From the human T2T-CHM13v2.0 reference genome, Homo sapiens, in NCBI RefSeq assembly GCF_009914755.1, contig NC_060926.1: 64,000 nucleotides of DNA; one strand, written 5' to 3'. The position numbers and the translations under genes were made by a program. The notes beneath the pieces were generated by a model that worked only from the letters and a program-made list of their open reading frames with translations, searched no databases and had not been told where the DNA came from. Positions 1 to 13,132 of this stretch are shown here, in pieces. Position 1 is the stretch's first letter. Every line of letters starts with the position of its first letter.

Positions 1-300
1 AATATGTTGTACAGCATGGTAACTATAATTAACAATACAGTATTGTGCACTTTGAAATATGTTAAGGGGATAGGTCTCGTGTTAAGGTATTCTTATCACA
101 CACACACATATACACACACACAGAGACACATACAAGAAAACACAACAGAACACAAAGAAATTTCTGGAAGTAATGGGTATTTTTAGTACCTTGATTGTGG
201 GGATGATATCAGTGGTGTATACATATGTTCAAACCATCAAAATGTATACATTAAATATTTGCAAATTTTGTAGATCATTTCAATAAAGCATCCTTAAAAA
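1..300 (+). mobile_element. Old L1M (L1MB/L1MC-like) 3' UTR fragment
   Basis: 'tacagcatggtaactataattaacaatac...gtattcttatcacacac...caataaagc' resembles L1M 3' ends recalled from consensus. Confidence 0.7.
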
Positions 301-309
301 TACATCAGA

Positions 310-725
310 AGTAATATTACTTCTGAGATTAGGTCATATGTCTGAGGTGCACTCTTCCTCAATTTGTCTTAGATCATTTGCTCTGGGTGAAGCCAGCTAC
401 CATGTTGTGAGGTGTCTTACAGAAAGGTCCATAGAGCCAACAGCCAACAGTGAGTTGACATTATCAGTCCTACAGCCCACACGAAACTGATGTCTGCCAA
501 AAATCTTGCAAGTGACTTTGGAAGCAAATTCTGCCCTAGCCAAGCCTTTAGAGGAGAATTCAGGCCCAGCTCACAGCTTGACTACACAGTTATGAGACCT
601 TGAGCCAATACCAGCCATCTAAGCTGCTCCCAAACTGATGATCTACAGGATTTCTAAGATAATAAATGTTTGCAGTTTTAAGTTGCTAAATATTGGAGTA
701 ATTTACAACAATATATAATTAATAT
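310..725 (+). mobile_element. MLT1 (MLT1E/F-like) MaLR LTR
   Basis: 'gaagccagctaccatgttgtgagg', 'ttatgagaccttgagc', 3' end 'aataaatgtttg..ttttaagttgctaaatattggagtaattt'. Confidence 0.7.
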
Positions 726-886
726 AGTACTTCTAAAATGAATGAACAAAATTATAAGAGATATAGACTGTGTTTCTGATGGCAGTATCCCAAATTTTCT
801 TACAAAGCAACTGAAAACTTCAGCAGTTTCCAAATACATGGGTTCTATATACATGGATTTAAACAACCATATATTAAAAATTTTTT

Positions 887-1492
<606 letters not shown>

Positions 1493-2419
1493 TTTAATTG
1501 TGTTTATAGTGACCACACACAGACTTTTTTCCTTGTCATTATTCCCTAAAAATTACAACTATTTATACAGCACTTACATTGGATTAGGTATTATAAGTAA
1601 TCTAGAGATAGTTTAAAGTATACAGGAGGATGTGCATAGGTTATATGCAAACACTAAAATATTTTATATGAGGAACTTGAGCATCCATGGACTTGGATAT
1701 CTGTGTGAGGTCCTGAAATGAATTCCCCACAGATTCCAAGGGACCACCACAAATCTAGGAGACTTTTCAAGGGGTGGGTATATTTTCTGGGCTAGTTTCG
1801 ATTTCATACCTTTTTCATTATTGCAGATTCTATTTTGAGGATCCAGCATTCCTTTATTTCTTTGTACCCCAAATACTAGAATTCAACTTCATTGTTTCAA
1901 AGTCTTTACTATTAAGTTAGCCTTTGTATATTCAATGCTACAAGTACGTCTTAACCACTGAATCTTTATCAGTTGATTTTCAGTTCAGGGTCTCCTTCTA
2001 ATGTTTTCTACAAAGTGCCAGCTCTCTGCTTTAGCTGTGGCCCTTGAGAATGTTTATGTGTTTGTTTGGCCCTATAGGTCCTTCTGTAACTAATCAGGCT
2101 GCCTTGAATTCATATTTTTCAGTTAGCCATGTCACCTATGCATACTGAGTCAAATGCGAGGATGTTTATTCTAAAATTCTTACTCTTATTACAAGGAGTA
2201 GTAGAAGGTATGCAATCTTATATAGCTATCGAATAGCTCTTTTACCAAAAATTTATTTGTGGTGAGTCTACCTCCAACTTATTGTCCCAATTTATACCTA
2301 CTGTCTAAACATAATGTTAGTACATTTTTTCACTCTGGGAAGTATTCAGAAGTAAATATTACAGTTTTGACAATCCCTTTTGTAACCAAAATTGCCCAAT
2401 CAGGAGAAGCAGTGTTGGA

Positions 2420-2640
2420 TTGTAATAAAGAATGCAAATTTTGTGAAAACTGGAATTGAAATCCTAACACTACCTTTTTCAGCTTTTTGCTCTTGGTCAA
2501 GTTACCTGATCTTTACTTTTAAAATAGATGAGAAAAAAATAATAACAATTCATAGGCTTATGAGTATTCAATAAACTACTATACATAAAGTCCTGAGAAA
2601 AGTGCGTCTCATAGAGTGATTACTCAATAGATATGAATAT
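2420..2640 (+). mobile_element. MIR
   Basis: 'ttggtcaagttacctga' core and 3' end 'tactcaatagat'. Confidence 0.6.
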
Positions 2641-3137
2641 TGTAATGGGTAATTTTATAAGTAAACTGAATTGGCCATGAAGTACCTAGATATTTGTTCA
2701 AACATTATTCTGGGTATTTCTGTGAGTGTGTTTTTGGATAACATTAACATTTAAAGTGGCACACTGAGTAAAGCACATTGCCCTCCCCAATGTAAGTGGG
2801 CCTCATCCAATCAATTGAAGGCCTGAATAATGAGAAAAAGCTGATCTCTAAGTAAGAGAGAATTTCTTCTGCCTGACTGCCTTTAAGCTGAGACTTCAGC
2901 TTTTTCCTGCCTTCAGAATTGAACTGAAACATTGGCAATTCCTGTGTCTTGAGGCTGCAGGTCTTTAGGCTAGAATCACACCATCAGCAATTCTGAGACT
3001 CCAGCAATTCTGCTGACTCTCCCTGCAGATCTTAGGACATGTCGGTCTCCATAATCTTGTGAGCCAACTCTTTATAATAAACAAGTACACATGCACACGT
3101 CCTTAGTTTGTTTCTCTGAAGAGTCCTGAATAATAGA
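2641..3137 (+). mobile_element. MLT2B-like HERVL solo LTR
   Basis: 'tgtaatgggtaattttat...actgagtaaagca.attgccctccccaatgt...ggcctcatccaatca' ending 'tttctctgaagagtcctgaataata'. Confidence 0.85.
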
Positions 3138-3704
3138 AGTATTAAAGAGGCTATAACAAAATTGCTTAATAACAATCATGTATGCTAGAGAAGAGGGATA
3201 CATTCTTCAACTTTTCCACCTGTAACTTTCTTAGAAAAGGAGATTTCACACTGATCCTGTGCAAATCTATTAACAAAATATTCTGTAGGGAATGTGACAC
3301 ATTAGCTTAGCATTAAAAATATGGAATATTATCATTTAGGATTTGAGTTCTCAAACTTTTGATAATTATTCGGATGAGGATCATGATGATAATTATTATG
3401 GTTATGGAAATCAAAGCAATTGTTATAGACATCGTTTACTTTAATACAAAGCTACCATGATTTGAATTCAGCTGTAAGGTATAGAACATTAAAAAGTCAA
3501 AGAAAATATGTGATTCTTAGCATCAAAATACAAGTTATTCAACGTAAAATAATAAAGCACAATTTAATCTGTCAGAATAGCAAAGTGTTTCCTTTTTCAA
3601 GTAACTATTGGTTTTGAATACCGTTATGTTAAATAGCTGGTTTCCTAGGTTTTGAGCAGCTATAATCTTAGAACTACTTTAACTTAAAAAAAAACTTGTC
3701 TAAG

Positions 3705-4325
3705 CCAAGCGCTAACATCAAATTTAATGTTGAAAAACTAAAAGCTATGTCTAAGATCAACAACAAAATGAAGATGCTCAATGTCATCACTTGTTTAACA
3801 TAGTACTAGAAGTCCTAGCCAGAGCAATTAGTCAAGAGAAAGAAATAAAACGCATCCCAATTAGAAAGTAGGTAGTGCAACTGTAGCTGTTTGCAGATGA
3901 TATGATTTTATATATAAAAAGCCCTAAAGACGCCACAAAAAAACTGTTAGAACTAATAAAGAAGCTCAGTAAAGTTGCAGGATACAAAACAACATATCAG
4001 TAGTGTTTTTATATACTAAAAATGAACTTTCTAAAAAAAGAAATTTAAAAAAATCATATAGTAGCTAGAGAAATAAAATACAGTATTTTAAAGCATTACA
4101 GCATGGTGACTATAGTTAATAATATTGTATTGTACACTTGAAATTTGCTAATAAAGTAGATCTTAAGTGTTTCACTACACACATGCACACAAAAGTTAAC
4201 TATATCAGGTGATAAATATGTTAATTAGCTTGATTGTGTACACATCCATCTAAATTATCCTGTTGTACACCTGAAACATATACAATTATTATTTGTCAAT
4301 TATACCTCAATAAGTCTGGGGGAGC
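3705..4325 (+). mobile_element. L1M (MA/MB-like): ORF2 RT fragment joined directly to 3' UTR
   Basis: 'ctgtttgcagatgatatgatt' encodes LFADDMI; ~4095-4325 is an L1M 3' end; degenerate flanking repeat aaaacttgtctaag / aaaacttgcctagg. Confidence 0.8.
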
Positions 4326-4612
4326 AAAACTTGCCTAGGAAAATAATCAGAAATGCACGCTAAGAAAAAACACAAATAAACAAAAATTACTTTTGCCTTA
4401 TTTAAAAGGGGAATAATTGAGATAACAGAAATTACTCCAGTTATATTATACTACTTTAATAAATACTTGTGCACATGCTAAAATTAAGTTTATTAAAAAT
4501 TACTAATGGCATGTCAAAATAATGTTAATTGACAAAAAATCAGGGTGCAATACAATTGCAACCAGATTTAAAATATTCTAGAAATAGAAAATATAGCATA
4601 CTATAATCTTTA

Positions 4613-4795
<183 letters not shown>

Positions 4796-4939
4796 TTAAA
4801 ATATATTTTCTCTAATTTTCACCAATAAGCATAATACTTCAACTATATGGGGAAGATGAGAACCAACAAATACAAATAAATGAAGTATTTACTGAACAAA
4901 AATAAACATGGTCTTTGCCATGGTGATCTTTTTTTTCAG

Positions 4940-5566
4940 CCTTACATATCATATTTGTAGTGAGAACACTTAAAATCTCTTAGCAGTTTTCAAGTATAGA
5001 ATGCGTTGTTATTGACTATAGTCACCATGTTGTACAACAGAGCTCTTGAACTAATCCCTTCTGTCTAAATAAAATTTGGTATCCTTTGACCAATATTTCC
5101 CCAATCCCTCCATCACCCCCAACCCCTGGTAGCCACCATTCTACTCTCCGCTTCTGAATTTGACTTTTTTCAGATTGCACATGTAAGTGAGATCATGCAG
5201 TATTTATCTTTCTGTGCATAACTTATTTCACCTAACATTAGTGTCCTCCAGATTTATTCATGTTGTCACAAACGACAGAATTTCCCCCTCTTTTAAGGCT
5301 GAATAGTATTTCATTGTGTATGTATACCACATTTTCTTTATTCATTTATCTGTTGATAGACGCTTAGGTTGATTCCATTTCTTGGCTATTGTTAATAATG
5401 TTGCAATAAACATGGGAGTACATATAACTATTTAACATACTGATTTCATATCCTTTGAATATATAGCCAGTAATGGGATTGTTAGATCATACAGTAATTT
5501 TATTTTTAATTGTTTGAGGAACCTCCATACTGTTTTCTCTAATGACGATACTAATTTACATTCCCA
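4940..5566 (-). mobile_element. L1MA 3' end fragment
   Basis: 'actatagtcaccatgttgtacaa', 'gtaagtgagatcatgcagtattt', 'gaggaacctccatactgtttt'. Confidence 0.9.
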
Positions 5567-5702
5567 GGCATGTTGATTTTAAAGCACGATAGAGCTTAAG
5601 GAAATCTCTTGAATTATTTTGACGTGTGAGTCAGGATCAACTGTCACTTTGAATCCCAACTTTTTAGACAATGTAAGCTTCAAACTCTCAAGAACAAAGC
5701 AA

Positions 5703-5804
5703 GTACCTCAGTTGGAAATGCAGAAATCACCCGCCTTCTGGGTTGATCTCGCTGGGAGCTGCAGACCGAAGCTGTTTCTATTCCGCCATCTTGCCAGCCG
5801 CCTC
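5703..5804 (-). mobile_element. Isolated first ~100 nt of an L1PA (PA7/8-like) 5' UTR including the YY1 site
   Basis: Minus strand reads GAGGCGGCTGGCAAGATGGCGGAATAG...TTTCTGCATTTCCAACTGAGGTAC. Confidence 0.9.
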
Positions 5805-6063
5805 AAAGTATGAATGTATATCTGCTACACAAAAGCATCCATAATGTGAACGCTGGGAGAATATGACTGATTGAGTATAGTAAAGTCTTAAGGTATTGTA
5901 AGTCTATTATTTCATAATCTCCATATTAATGAAGCCATTTCACTGAATTTTAAGATTTTAATTGTTTTTCCTGAATATAAATTAATAGAAGTACAAATTC
6001 TAACATTTTCAACCACTATATTGCTCTAAGTGAAAGTCCCCATTAAAATCACCCACAAAGAAT

Positions 6064-6213
6064 AACTATAGTTAATTTTAATTATAGTTATAGTTAATTA
6101 AAAATTAACTATAGTTAATTTTTAATTATAGTTATAGTTAATTAAAAATTAACTATAGTTAATTTTTAATTATAGTTATAGTTAATTAAAAATTAACTAT
6201 AGTTAATTTTTAA
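6064..6213. repeat. AT-rich palindromic minisatellite, 43-44 bp unit, ~3.4 copies
   Basis: Units start at 6064, 6107, 6151 and 6195; unit aactatagttaatttttaattatagttatagttaattaaaaatt. Confidence 0.95.
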
Positions 6214-6384
6214 AATATATATGTTTTTCTAGGCATCTATGACTGTCCTCTCTGTTTATATTATTTGGTCATACTACAAAAAGTATAAAATGACTTTTCC
6301 ACCATATATATGTATACATATATTTCCACAATACGTATATGTGTACACATACACACACAATTTCTATACCAATGTAAAATTTTG

Positions 6385-6620
6385 TAAAATAGTCAATAGC
6401 ATGGACTTGTTAATCATAAACACTGCATTCAAATTCTACCACATATTGGCTGTGTCACTTGAAGCAGAATTATGTAAACACCTCAAAAGTCCAATTTTCT
6501 AATATATGAACTGCAGATAATACTGTCTGAGTCATAGGATTCTAATAAAAATTCAAGGCAGTAATACACATAAAGCTTTTAGCACATTACCTAAGAGATG
6601 AATGTTAAATATCTTAAGTT
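6385..6620 (+). mobile_element. MIR
   Basis: 'ttcaaattctacc..ttggctgtgtcacttg' and 'taatacacataaagcttttagcaca'. Confidence 0.6.
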
Positions 6621-6723
6621 GTTTTTGAGTTGTTGGTATTGTTTATTATTATTCCATATTTTATAACAAAATATTATTTTATATATTTCTCTAGGATTAT
6701 CTCTTGTAAGTGAAATTGTAAGT

Positions 6724-6858
6724 TTTATTTATTTATTTATTTATTTATTTTTTAGAGACAGGGTGTCACTTGGTTGCCCAAGTTGCCCGGGTTGATCTCA
6801 AACTCCTGGGCTCATGTGATCCTCCCACCTCAGCCACCCAACGTCCTGAGCCCAGCCA
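6724..6858 (-). mobile_element. FLAM-like Alu monomer with (TTTA)n tail
   Basis: 'agagacaggg...tctcaaactcctgggctcatgtgatcctcccacctcagcc...cccagcc', internally deleted. Confidence 0.8.
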
Positions 6859-7088
6859 AAATTATGGGTTTTAAATTTTTTCATCTTACTATTTTTAAGT
6901 AGTTTTGGATGATTTATTTTCCCTAAAACAATATGAAAGCTATTGGAATACTTCTTTTTTACACCTACTAAACAGTGAATATTTTCTGGAGTTTTTATTA
7001 TTTTGCCAAAAAAGAGGCTTTTTTTTTTCTTTTTCTTTATTTTCCAGATCTTTATGTATTTCAGTTGATATCGCTTCATCTATTTCTT

Positions 7089-7386
7089 TTCTTTTCTTTT
7101 TAGAGACAGGGTCTCATTACGTCACTCAGACTGGAGTACAGTGGTGTGATCGTAGCTCACTGCAGCCTGAAACTCCTGGGCTCAAAGGGTCCTCCCATCT
7201 CAGCCTCCAGATTAGCTGAAATTATAGGTGTGCACCACCATGCCCAGCTAATTTTTAATATTTTTTTGTAGAGACAGGGTCTTTCTGTGTTGCCCAGGCT
7301 GCTCTCGCACTCCTGGACTCAAGCAATTCTTCCTCCTCTGCCTCTCAGAGTACTAGGATTAAAGGCATGACTAACCGCACCCCACC
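7089..7386 (-). mobile_element. AluJ, full length
   Basis: AluJ-type 'ctcctgggctcaa'; 12-bp TSD catctatttctt at 7077-7088 and 7387-7398. Confidence 0.93.
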
Positions 7387-7564
7387 CATCTATTTCTTAA
7401 TTATGTGTGTATTTGATATTTGCATTAGACGTCATATAGCAGAGAACTCTCAGCACAGTGAAATAAACAAGTGAGGAATTTAGAGGTTGATTTATTTTCC
7501 ATAAAAATCAGGAGATAAATAGCTTTATACATCAAGTTCCTCTTTCAGGTAGAATGATATTTTA

Positions 7565-7796
7565 CATGTATATACATACATACATACATATATATATATA
7601 AAATGATAGGTTATATATATAAAATGATAGGTTATATATATATATAAAAAATACAGATAGGTTCTATATATATACACACATATATATGTGTATATAAATG
7701 TGTATCTATATATATATACACACACATATATGTGTATATAAATGTGTATCTATATATATATATACACACACATATATGTGTATATAAATGTGTATC

Positions 7797-7840
<44 letters not shown>

Positions 7841-7851
7841 GAACCTACCTG
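7565..7851. repeat. Compound (TA)n/(CA)n microsatellite with a ~45-bp higher-order unit
   Basis: 'atatatgtgtatataaatgtgtatctata' repeated three times, then a (CA)n run. Confidence 0.9.
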
Positions 7852-8152
7852 ATAAAACTGAAGCTTTTCCCAAATGGCCAACATTTCTGCTTATGCCTGA
7901 TGGACAAGAACTATCATAAGGCCATCCCTAATTTCAAGGGAACCTGAGAATCATATCCAGCTGGTGCCATCACTGTCCCAAACAACACAGTTTCTGTTAT
8001 TAAGAAAAAAGTTAATTGACATTAGTTTATCAATCTCTATTTCATTAACCTTTTATAGTTCTTTTTTTTCTAACCTTTTTTTATTTTTTGGTCCATTTTT
8101 CTGTTCACCTGCTCTATTTTTTCCTCTTTATATTATTATACAGTTTGGTATA

Positions 8153-8570
8153 ATGATGTGCTGGTAAATGTTTATTTAACAACTAGCTCTCATCACAAAA
8201 TGAAAAAGCCTGATTTGTAGCATTTTTAAAATATTTATGGCATAAATACTCTTACTGTGGCCAATCTTACACTCCCAAAGTAATGTAATTAAATGTGGAG
8301 TTAGAAAGAAATGAGTAGTAATACACAATTATCTAGTAATTCCACCCCAAAGATACAATAAACATAAACTTGAAGGCATAGATAATAGTACAATGCAGTA
8401 AACTAATTAGAAAGTGATGTTTTTCCATTTTTATTACTTTTATTTTTTAAATTATTTATTTAGTTTTATGTTTTATAATTTTCATAGTAACAACTGTATT
8501 TAACAACTGACACAAAATTAATAAAACAGTTGGCTCTTACAAGCTATGAGCTGGCTCCAGCACACAAGTG
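8153..8570. mobile_element. MER63-like hAT (Blackjack) element
   Basis: Ends 'gatgtgctggtaaatg' and 'gagctggctccagcacacaagtg'; opposite orientation to the copy at 56686. Confidence 0.65.
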
Positions 8571-9479
8571 GTTTGACATACGTGTCTGTTTCTGTATGTG
8601 AGAGAGCATGTTTATGCTAGAACAGTCTTACTAATCATATTTTATTCTTATATGCCAATAATTTATATTTATGTTTTTAATTTTGATAGAGGCATGTTAA
8701 GATCTCTTTATTGCTATTTTATTTCTGAATAATTCTAGTATTATATTATAATTAAATGAAATTTTATCTTGCATCATCAATGAGCATTAGATTTTCTTGT
8801 AACTTTTTGTTTATTTATTTATAAACTTCATAAGCTACTAAGTGCTAGGTGTAGTTTTAGGTACAGGAGATACAGAAGTGACGTCTCTGAAAGTACTTGC
8901 TCTGAAAAAGTGGGTTTGTGTTGGGAGATGGGGAGTGTATTTGGAGTAGGAAGAAAAGGGTTAGTAGCTGGCCTACAGCTTATCACCATTCCCATGAGGA
9001 CATACATGCAGTCAGAAAAAGAAAAATGTTCAGGTCAAGTCATCTTGACAACATGTTATCAGACCCTCTGATGGTATTTACCAGAAGGAAATAGAGTCTT
9101 TATCTGTGGAATGCTTTTCTCAGGACCTGCTCTAGTTGCTTATAAAATATAAATTTGGAATTGATGGAATTATGGAGCAAAGTATGCTGGAAAATATTAC
9201 ATCTCATGTAATTATTGGGTATAAAATGGATATGTTTTATGACCAATACAGTTACTTTTGTATAAATGATGCTTCACATGCATTGCTTTAAACCTCGTAT
9301 GTTAAATCTCAATCCAATGTCCCCAATGAAAGAAGACATATGAGATATGCTGATGGTTTTAGACTGTTTTAGACATGCTCTTCCTTGATCATGCGATTGC
9401 CTGCATCCATTGAATTTCTAGTAACCTTTCTTATTGGTCAGATCTCTCTGATCTTCATGAGTCTGACCTTTTTATTTTT

Positions 9480-10370
9480 TTATTTGAGGGATAGCAAATA
9501 ATAATAATAAAGAAAATATAATAACTACTATGAAGATAATTAAAATGCTTTGAGTTTGAAGAAATTTAAAATGTGACTGATTTAGAGCTTGTGATCAGAG
9601 AAAGACTATTTGAGAAGACAATGTTTAATTTTGAACTGAAAGGTGAGTGATGCAACATTCCAGAAGAGCATTCCAGGCAGAGACCTGCAAAAGAGCCAAA
9701 GATGAAAATGAGCTAAGTTAACATAGAAAAAGTGAAGAAATTCCAGATGTCGAAAATGTCATGAGATTGGGTAAGAAAGGCAGAACATAAGTCCAGAAAG
9801 ATGAAGAGATGCCAAGTAATTCAGGCCTCGTAGCCATAGGTGAAAAGTTTAATATTTATTTTAAGTCCCCAGTGAAGCCATTGAAAAGTGACAAAATATA
9901 TTTATATGGCTGCTGTGTGAAGAATGAATCATAAAGAACCATGATTGAAAACAAAGAGAAATTGCTTTAATAGTTCATACAAGAGAAGACACTGACTTTG
10001 AACAGGGAGTTAGGAGTGGAATGGAAAAGAAATGGAAGGATTCAAAATAAAGAGGTAGGGTCTAATGCCATCATTTCAAATTGGTTTATTTTGTGCCTAG
10101 AGAACATCTGGCAATATATGGAGACCTTTTTGATTGTCACAACCAGGGATGGAGGTGGTACAACTGGCATCTAGATGGTAGATGCCAGGAATGATGTTAG
10201 CCATTCTACAAAGCACAAGACAACTCCTAATACAAAGAATCATCCAGCCCAAAATTTCAATGGTGTTGCGCTTGAGAAACCCTGGTCTAGCAAAATTGTT
10301 GCTAGACTAGGTATGTAGGTGTGACAGAAAGGGGGAGCCAAAGGCTGATTTCTAGATTTTTAGGTCTGAG
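9480..10370 (-). mobile_element. L2 fragments, interrupted by MER20
   Basis: Purine-rich L2 motifs 'gagcattccaggcagag' and 'tggctgctgtgtgaagaatgaa'. Confidence 0.6.
10065..10284 (+). mobile_element. MER20 (hAT-Charlie)
   Basis: 'acatctggcaat..tggagac..tgattgtcacaac', 'ctggcatctag', ends 'tgagaaaccctg'. Confidence 0.85.
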
Positions 10371-10834
10371 ACATTATTGATCTTCTTTTTCTTGTACACA
10401 TTTTTTTCATTGATTTAATTTTCTTAAATGTTAGTAATTTAATGTTTATTTTATTTGTTTTGAATAAGTTTTATAAATTTTTGTGTACTCTTACATTTGA
10501 CTCATTGGAACTTTTAATTTCTAACTTTATTATGGTTGTAAAACGTGGTCTAAATTAAAACATTGAATATTTATAATTTATTAAGATTTTCTTTGTGCCA
10601 AATGCAACCTCACATACTCCTTGCCCATATACCCCCTGCCCAATGATGTTTAATTGAAATGCTTAAGAATCTGGAAAGCAAAGAGAAGACAAAATAATCT
10701 TCACTTGATTTTTTGCAAAATGATAATTAAAAACATAGAAAATTCTTTTTGTTAATCAGTATGTATAAAAAAGAAGTGTTCCAATAAGTTCACTGCATTT
10801 ATATTTCCATAGTTTAATTATAAGCAAATTTTCA

Positions 10835-11660
10835 TTCATTTTTGAATTTTTGAGGTATAATATATAGAAAAGTTGAGAAATCATACGTGTATGGTTTGAT
10901 GACTTTTTACAATTTAAATTCCCCCATGCAACCAGCACCTAGATCAAAAAGCAGAACATTGACAGCACTCCAGAAGTCCCTTTAATGCACCCTTTTATTC
11001 ATTGTGCCTGAAGGGTAACCTCCATTCTCCTTTTAATGCCATATATTATATTAGATTTTCAAAAACATTTTATCCTGAGAAGCATACAAATAAAGATTGG
11101 ATTTTATTGATTCAACCATATGTTGTGAGATACATTCATAATGTTGCTTGTAGTTGTAGTTCATTCACTTTCATTGTTCTACAGTATTCTAGTTGATAAA
11201 GAGTTGAAAATTTATTCCTATATTTTACCTATGGTAGTTGCCAATATTCTACCATTATGACTAAGACTATTACTTATATTCCTGTGCATGTCATTTGAAC
11301 ATGTATGTGCATTTCTGTTAGGAATATACTTAGAAGTTAAATGGCTGGTTATGGATATGCTCTCCTCTAGTAAACGCTGCCAAATGATAGAATAAATTAC
11401 TGTACAACCAGCAGTGTGTGGATTTTTAGTTGCTCCATATGTCTACCTTTTTTCCTTTTCTCATTTTTTCATTTTAGCAATTGTGAATATGCAGCAGAAT
11501 TGTAATGTGATTTGAATTTGCACTTACCTGATAAATAATAAAGTTGATCACCTTTTCTTACGTTTATTTCCCATTTGGATATTCCCTTGTAAAGGGCTTT
11601 TAAAGTGTTTTGTCTAGACATATATATTTTTCAGTTTGTTTGTTTATAGTCAAAAGGTCT
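10835..11660 (-). mobile_element. Old L1 (L1MD/ME-like) 3' fragment
   Basis: 'cccccatgcaaccagcacctagatcaaaaagcagaacattgacagcactccagaag'. Confidence 0.7.
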
Positions 11661-11664
11661 TCTA

Positions 11665-12201
11665 TTTTTTTTTACACCTATTATGCCATGAATTCACAGG
11701 AAATAGGTTCCAGCAGCTCAGGCTTTGCACTAGGTCTCAGAAAGTATACTTCTTTGGGTAGAGCAGGCTGGCACTTCAGTTGAACTCACATACCTTTCTC
11801 TTTTGCTTCCTTCTTTTTCTGATCATTTTCCTTCCTGCATTTCAAAAAGTTATCTCGGTTGTCAGAGCACTTAATATGCTCAACATGCACGTTAATTATC
11901 TTGGCAAGAATCTTGTTCTTAACTTGTTTATTTATAACAATGCCAACAGCATGCTGGGTACATTGTAGAATATTCCAGTTTTTCCCTGGTAACATTTGTG
12001 GGGCATTCCTTTTTGAACAGTATGCATTCTTTGATGTCTGCAGTATCACCATTCTTACAGGTTCACATGTATATGGCCAAAGGAGCACCTCCATATTTTC
12101 TAAAAAGCCTAGAGAACATATATTGGGTGCTTCTCCTCCTCTTTACCTTTGTGTTCATCACTTTGGTGGATTACTGGAAGAAGGAGGTTCTAACTGAAAG
12201 G
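11665..12201 (-). pseudogene. RPL21: Processed pseudogene of ribosomal protein L21
   Basis: Intronless; ORF 11786-12094 contains [30 protein letters not shown]...[14 protein letters not shown]. The 5' TOP-like CCTTTC is at 12196-12201, the start codon is mutated to GTG (12159-12161), the stop is at 11681-11683, a short polyA is at 11665-11673, and there are frameshifts. Confidence 0.95.
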
Positions 12202-13132
12202 CTAAATTTAAAGTGTGAATAATGTTTTAAATAGTACACAGTATTTTGTAACATTTCTTCAGCAATAATTTCTGCTATAAGTTTCATGTGTACTCTTTCA
12301 GTGATAACCTATGAAAATATAGTTTTTCATATATTTATATTTATATATTATTAGTATAGTATATATTATATCTATATAAATTATATCTATACAAATATAA
12401 AGTTATAACAAAAGGAAATTTGTTATGACTTTATATGGATGTATATAAATGTATTGTATATGTAAAAATTATTTTTAAAATGCAAATGGCAGGACTTGCA
12501 CTTCTGGGAAGGTAGAGCAGAGGTAGTTTTTTCTGTTCCTTCCATTAAGTACAACAAACCCCCTGGGCATTATATATAACATAAATATAAGAATATATAT
12601 AACATAAATATAGGAATATTTGGAAAAATAGAGAGAAGGCAGACTATACAGGTAACTTGGGACACAAGCAATGACATGGAGGGAATTTTACTGGAGTTTC
12701 TTTTTGCCTCATATACTCTAGACTGGGTACTGAAGAAACCAGAAAAAAAAAAAAATGAAATGCCAACAGAAGCAGACAAAAATGTCCCCAAGAAAAGCAT
12801 ACTGTCTCTAGTTAGAGAACCTGGAATGGAGCAATTTAGCACGATAGAAAACTTTTAGGTAATCACTGTATTCCAGCTAAACAGTGCAGAAATTATGAAA
12901 ATTTTGGCCTCATTTTCATCCCTACCAGCAAATGTTGAGGGAAGAGTCTAGACTTCAACTCTTGCCTAGCTGTAACAACACAAATCCCTTACCCTGGCTG
13001 TCTAGTGTGGTATCAAAAAAAAACCATGCAGAATTAGGATTTTCTTATTCTCATAGACAGTAACAAGGTATTATCCTCATTCACTTACCAGAGTGATCTC
13101 AGAAGATATCTCATAAAATAAGATTTTTTAAA

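Noticed and set aside
6064-6213. CRISPR-like array of palindromic repeats
   Set aside because: Spacers are identical and only 10 nt, there are no cas genes, and the context is primate.
9110-9190. Possible exon (cttttctcag acceptor ... gtatg donor)
   Set aside because: Splice-like motifs alone are common, and there is no coding signal or neighbouring exon support.
11665-12201. Functional RPL21 retrogene
   Set aside because: The start codon is lost and there are frameshifts and many substitutions; no TSD could be identified.
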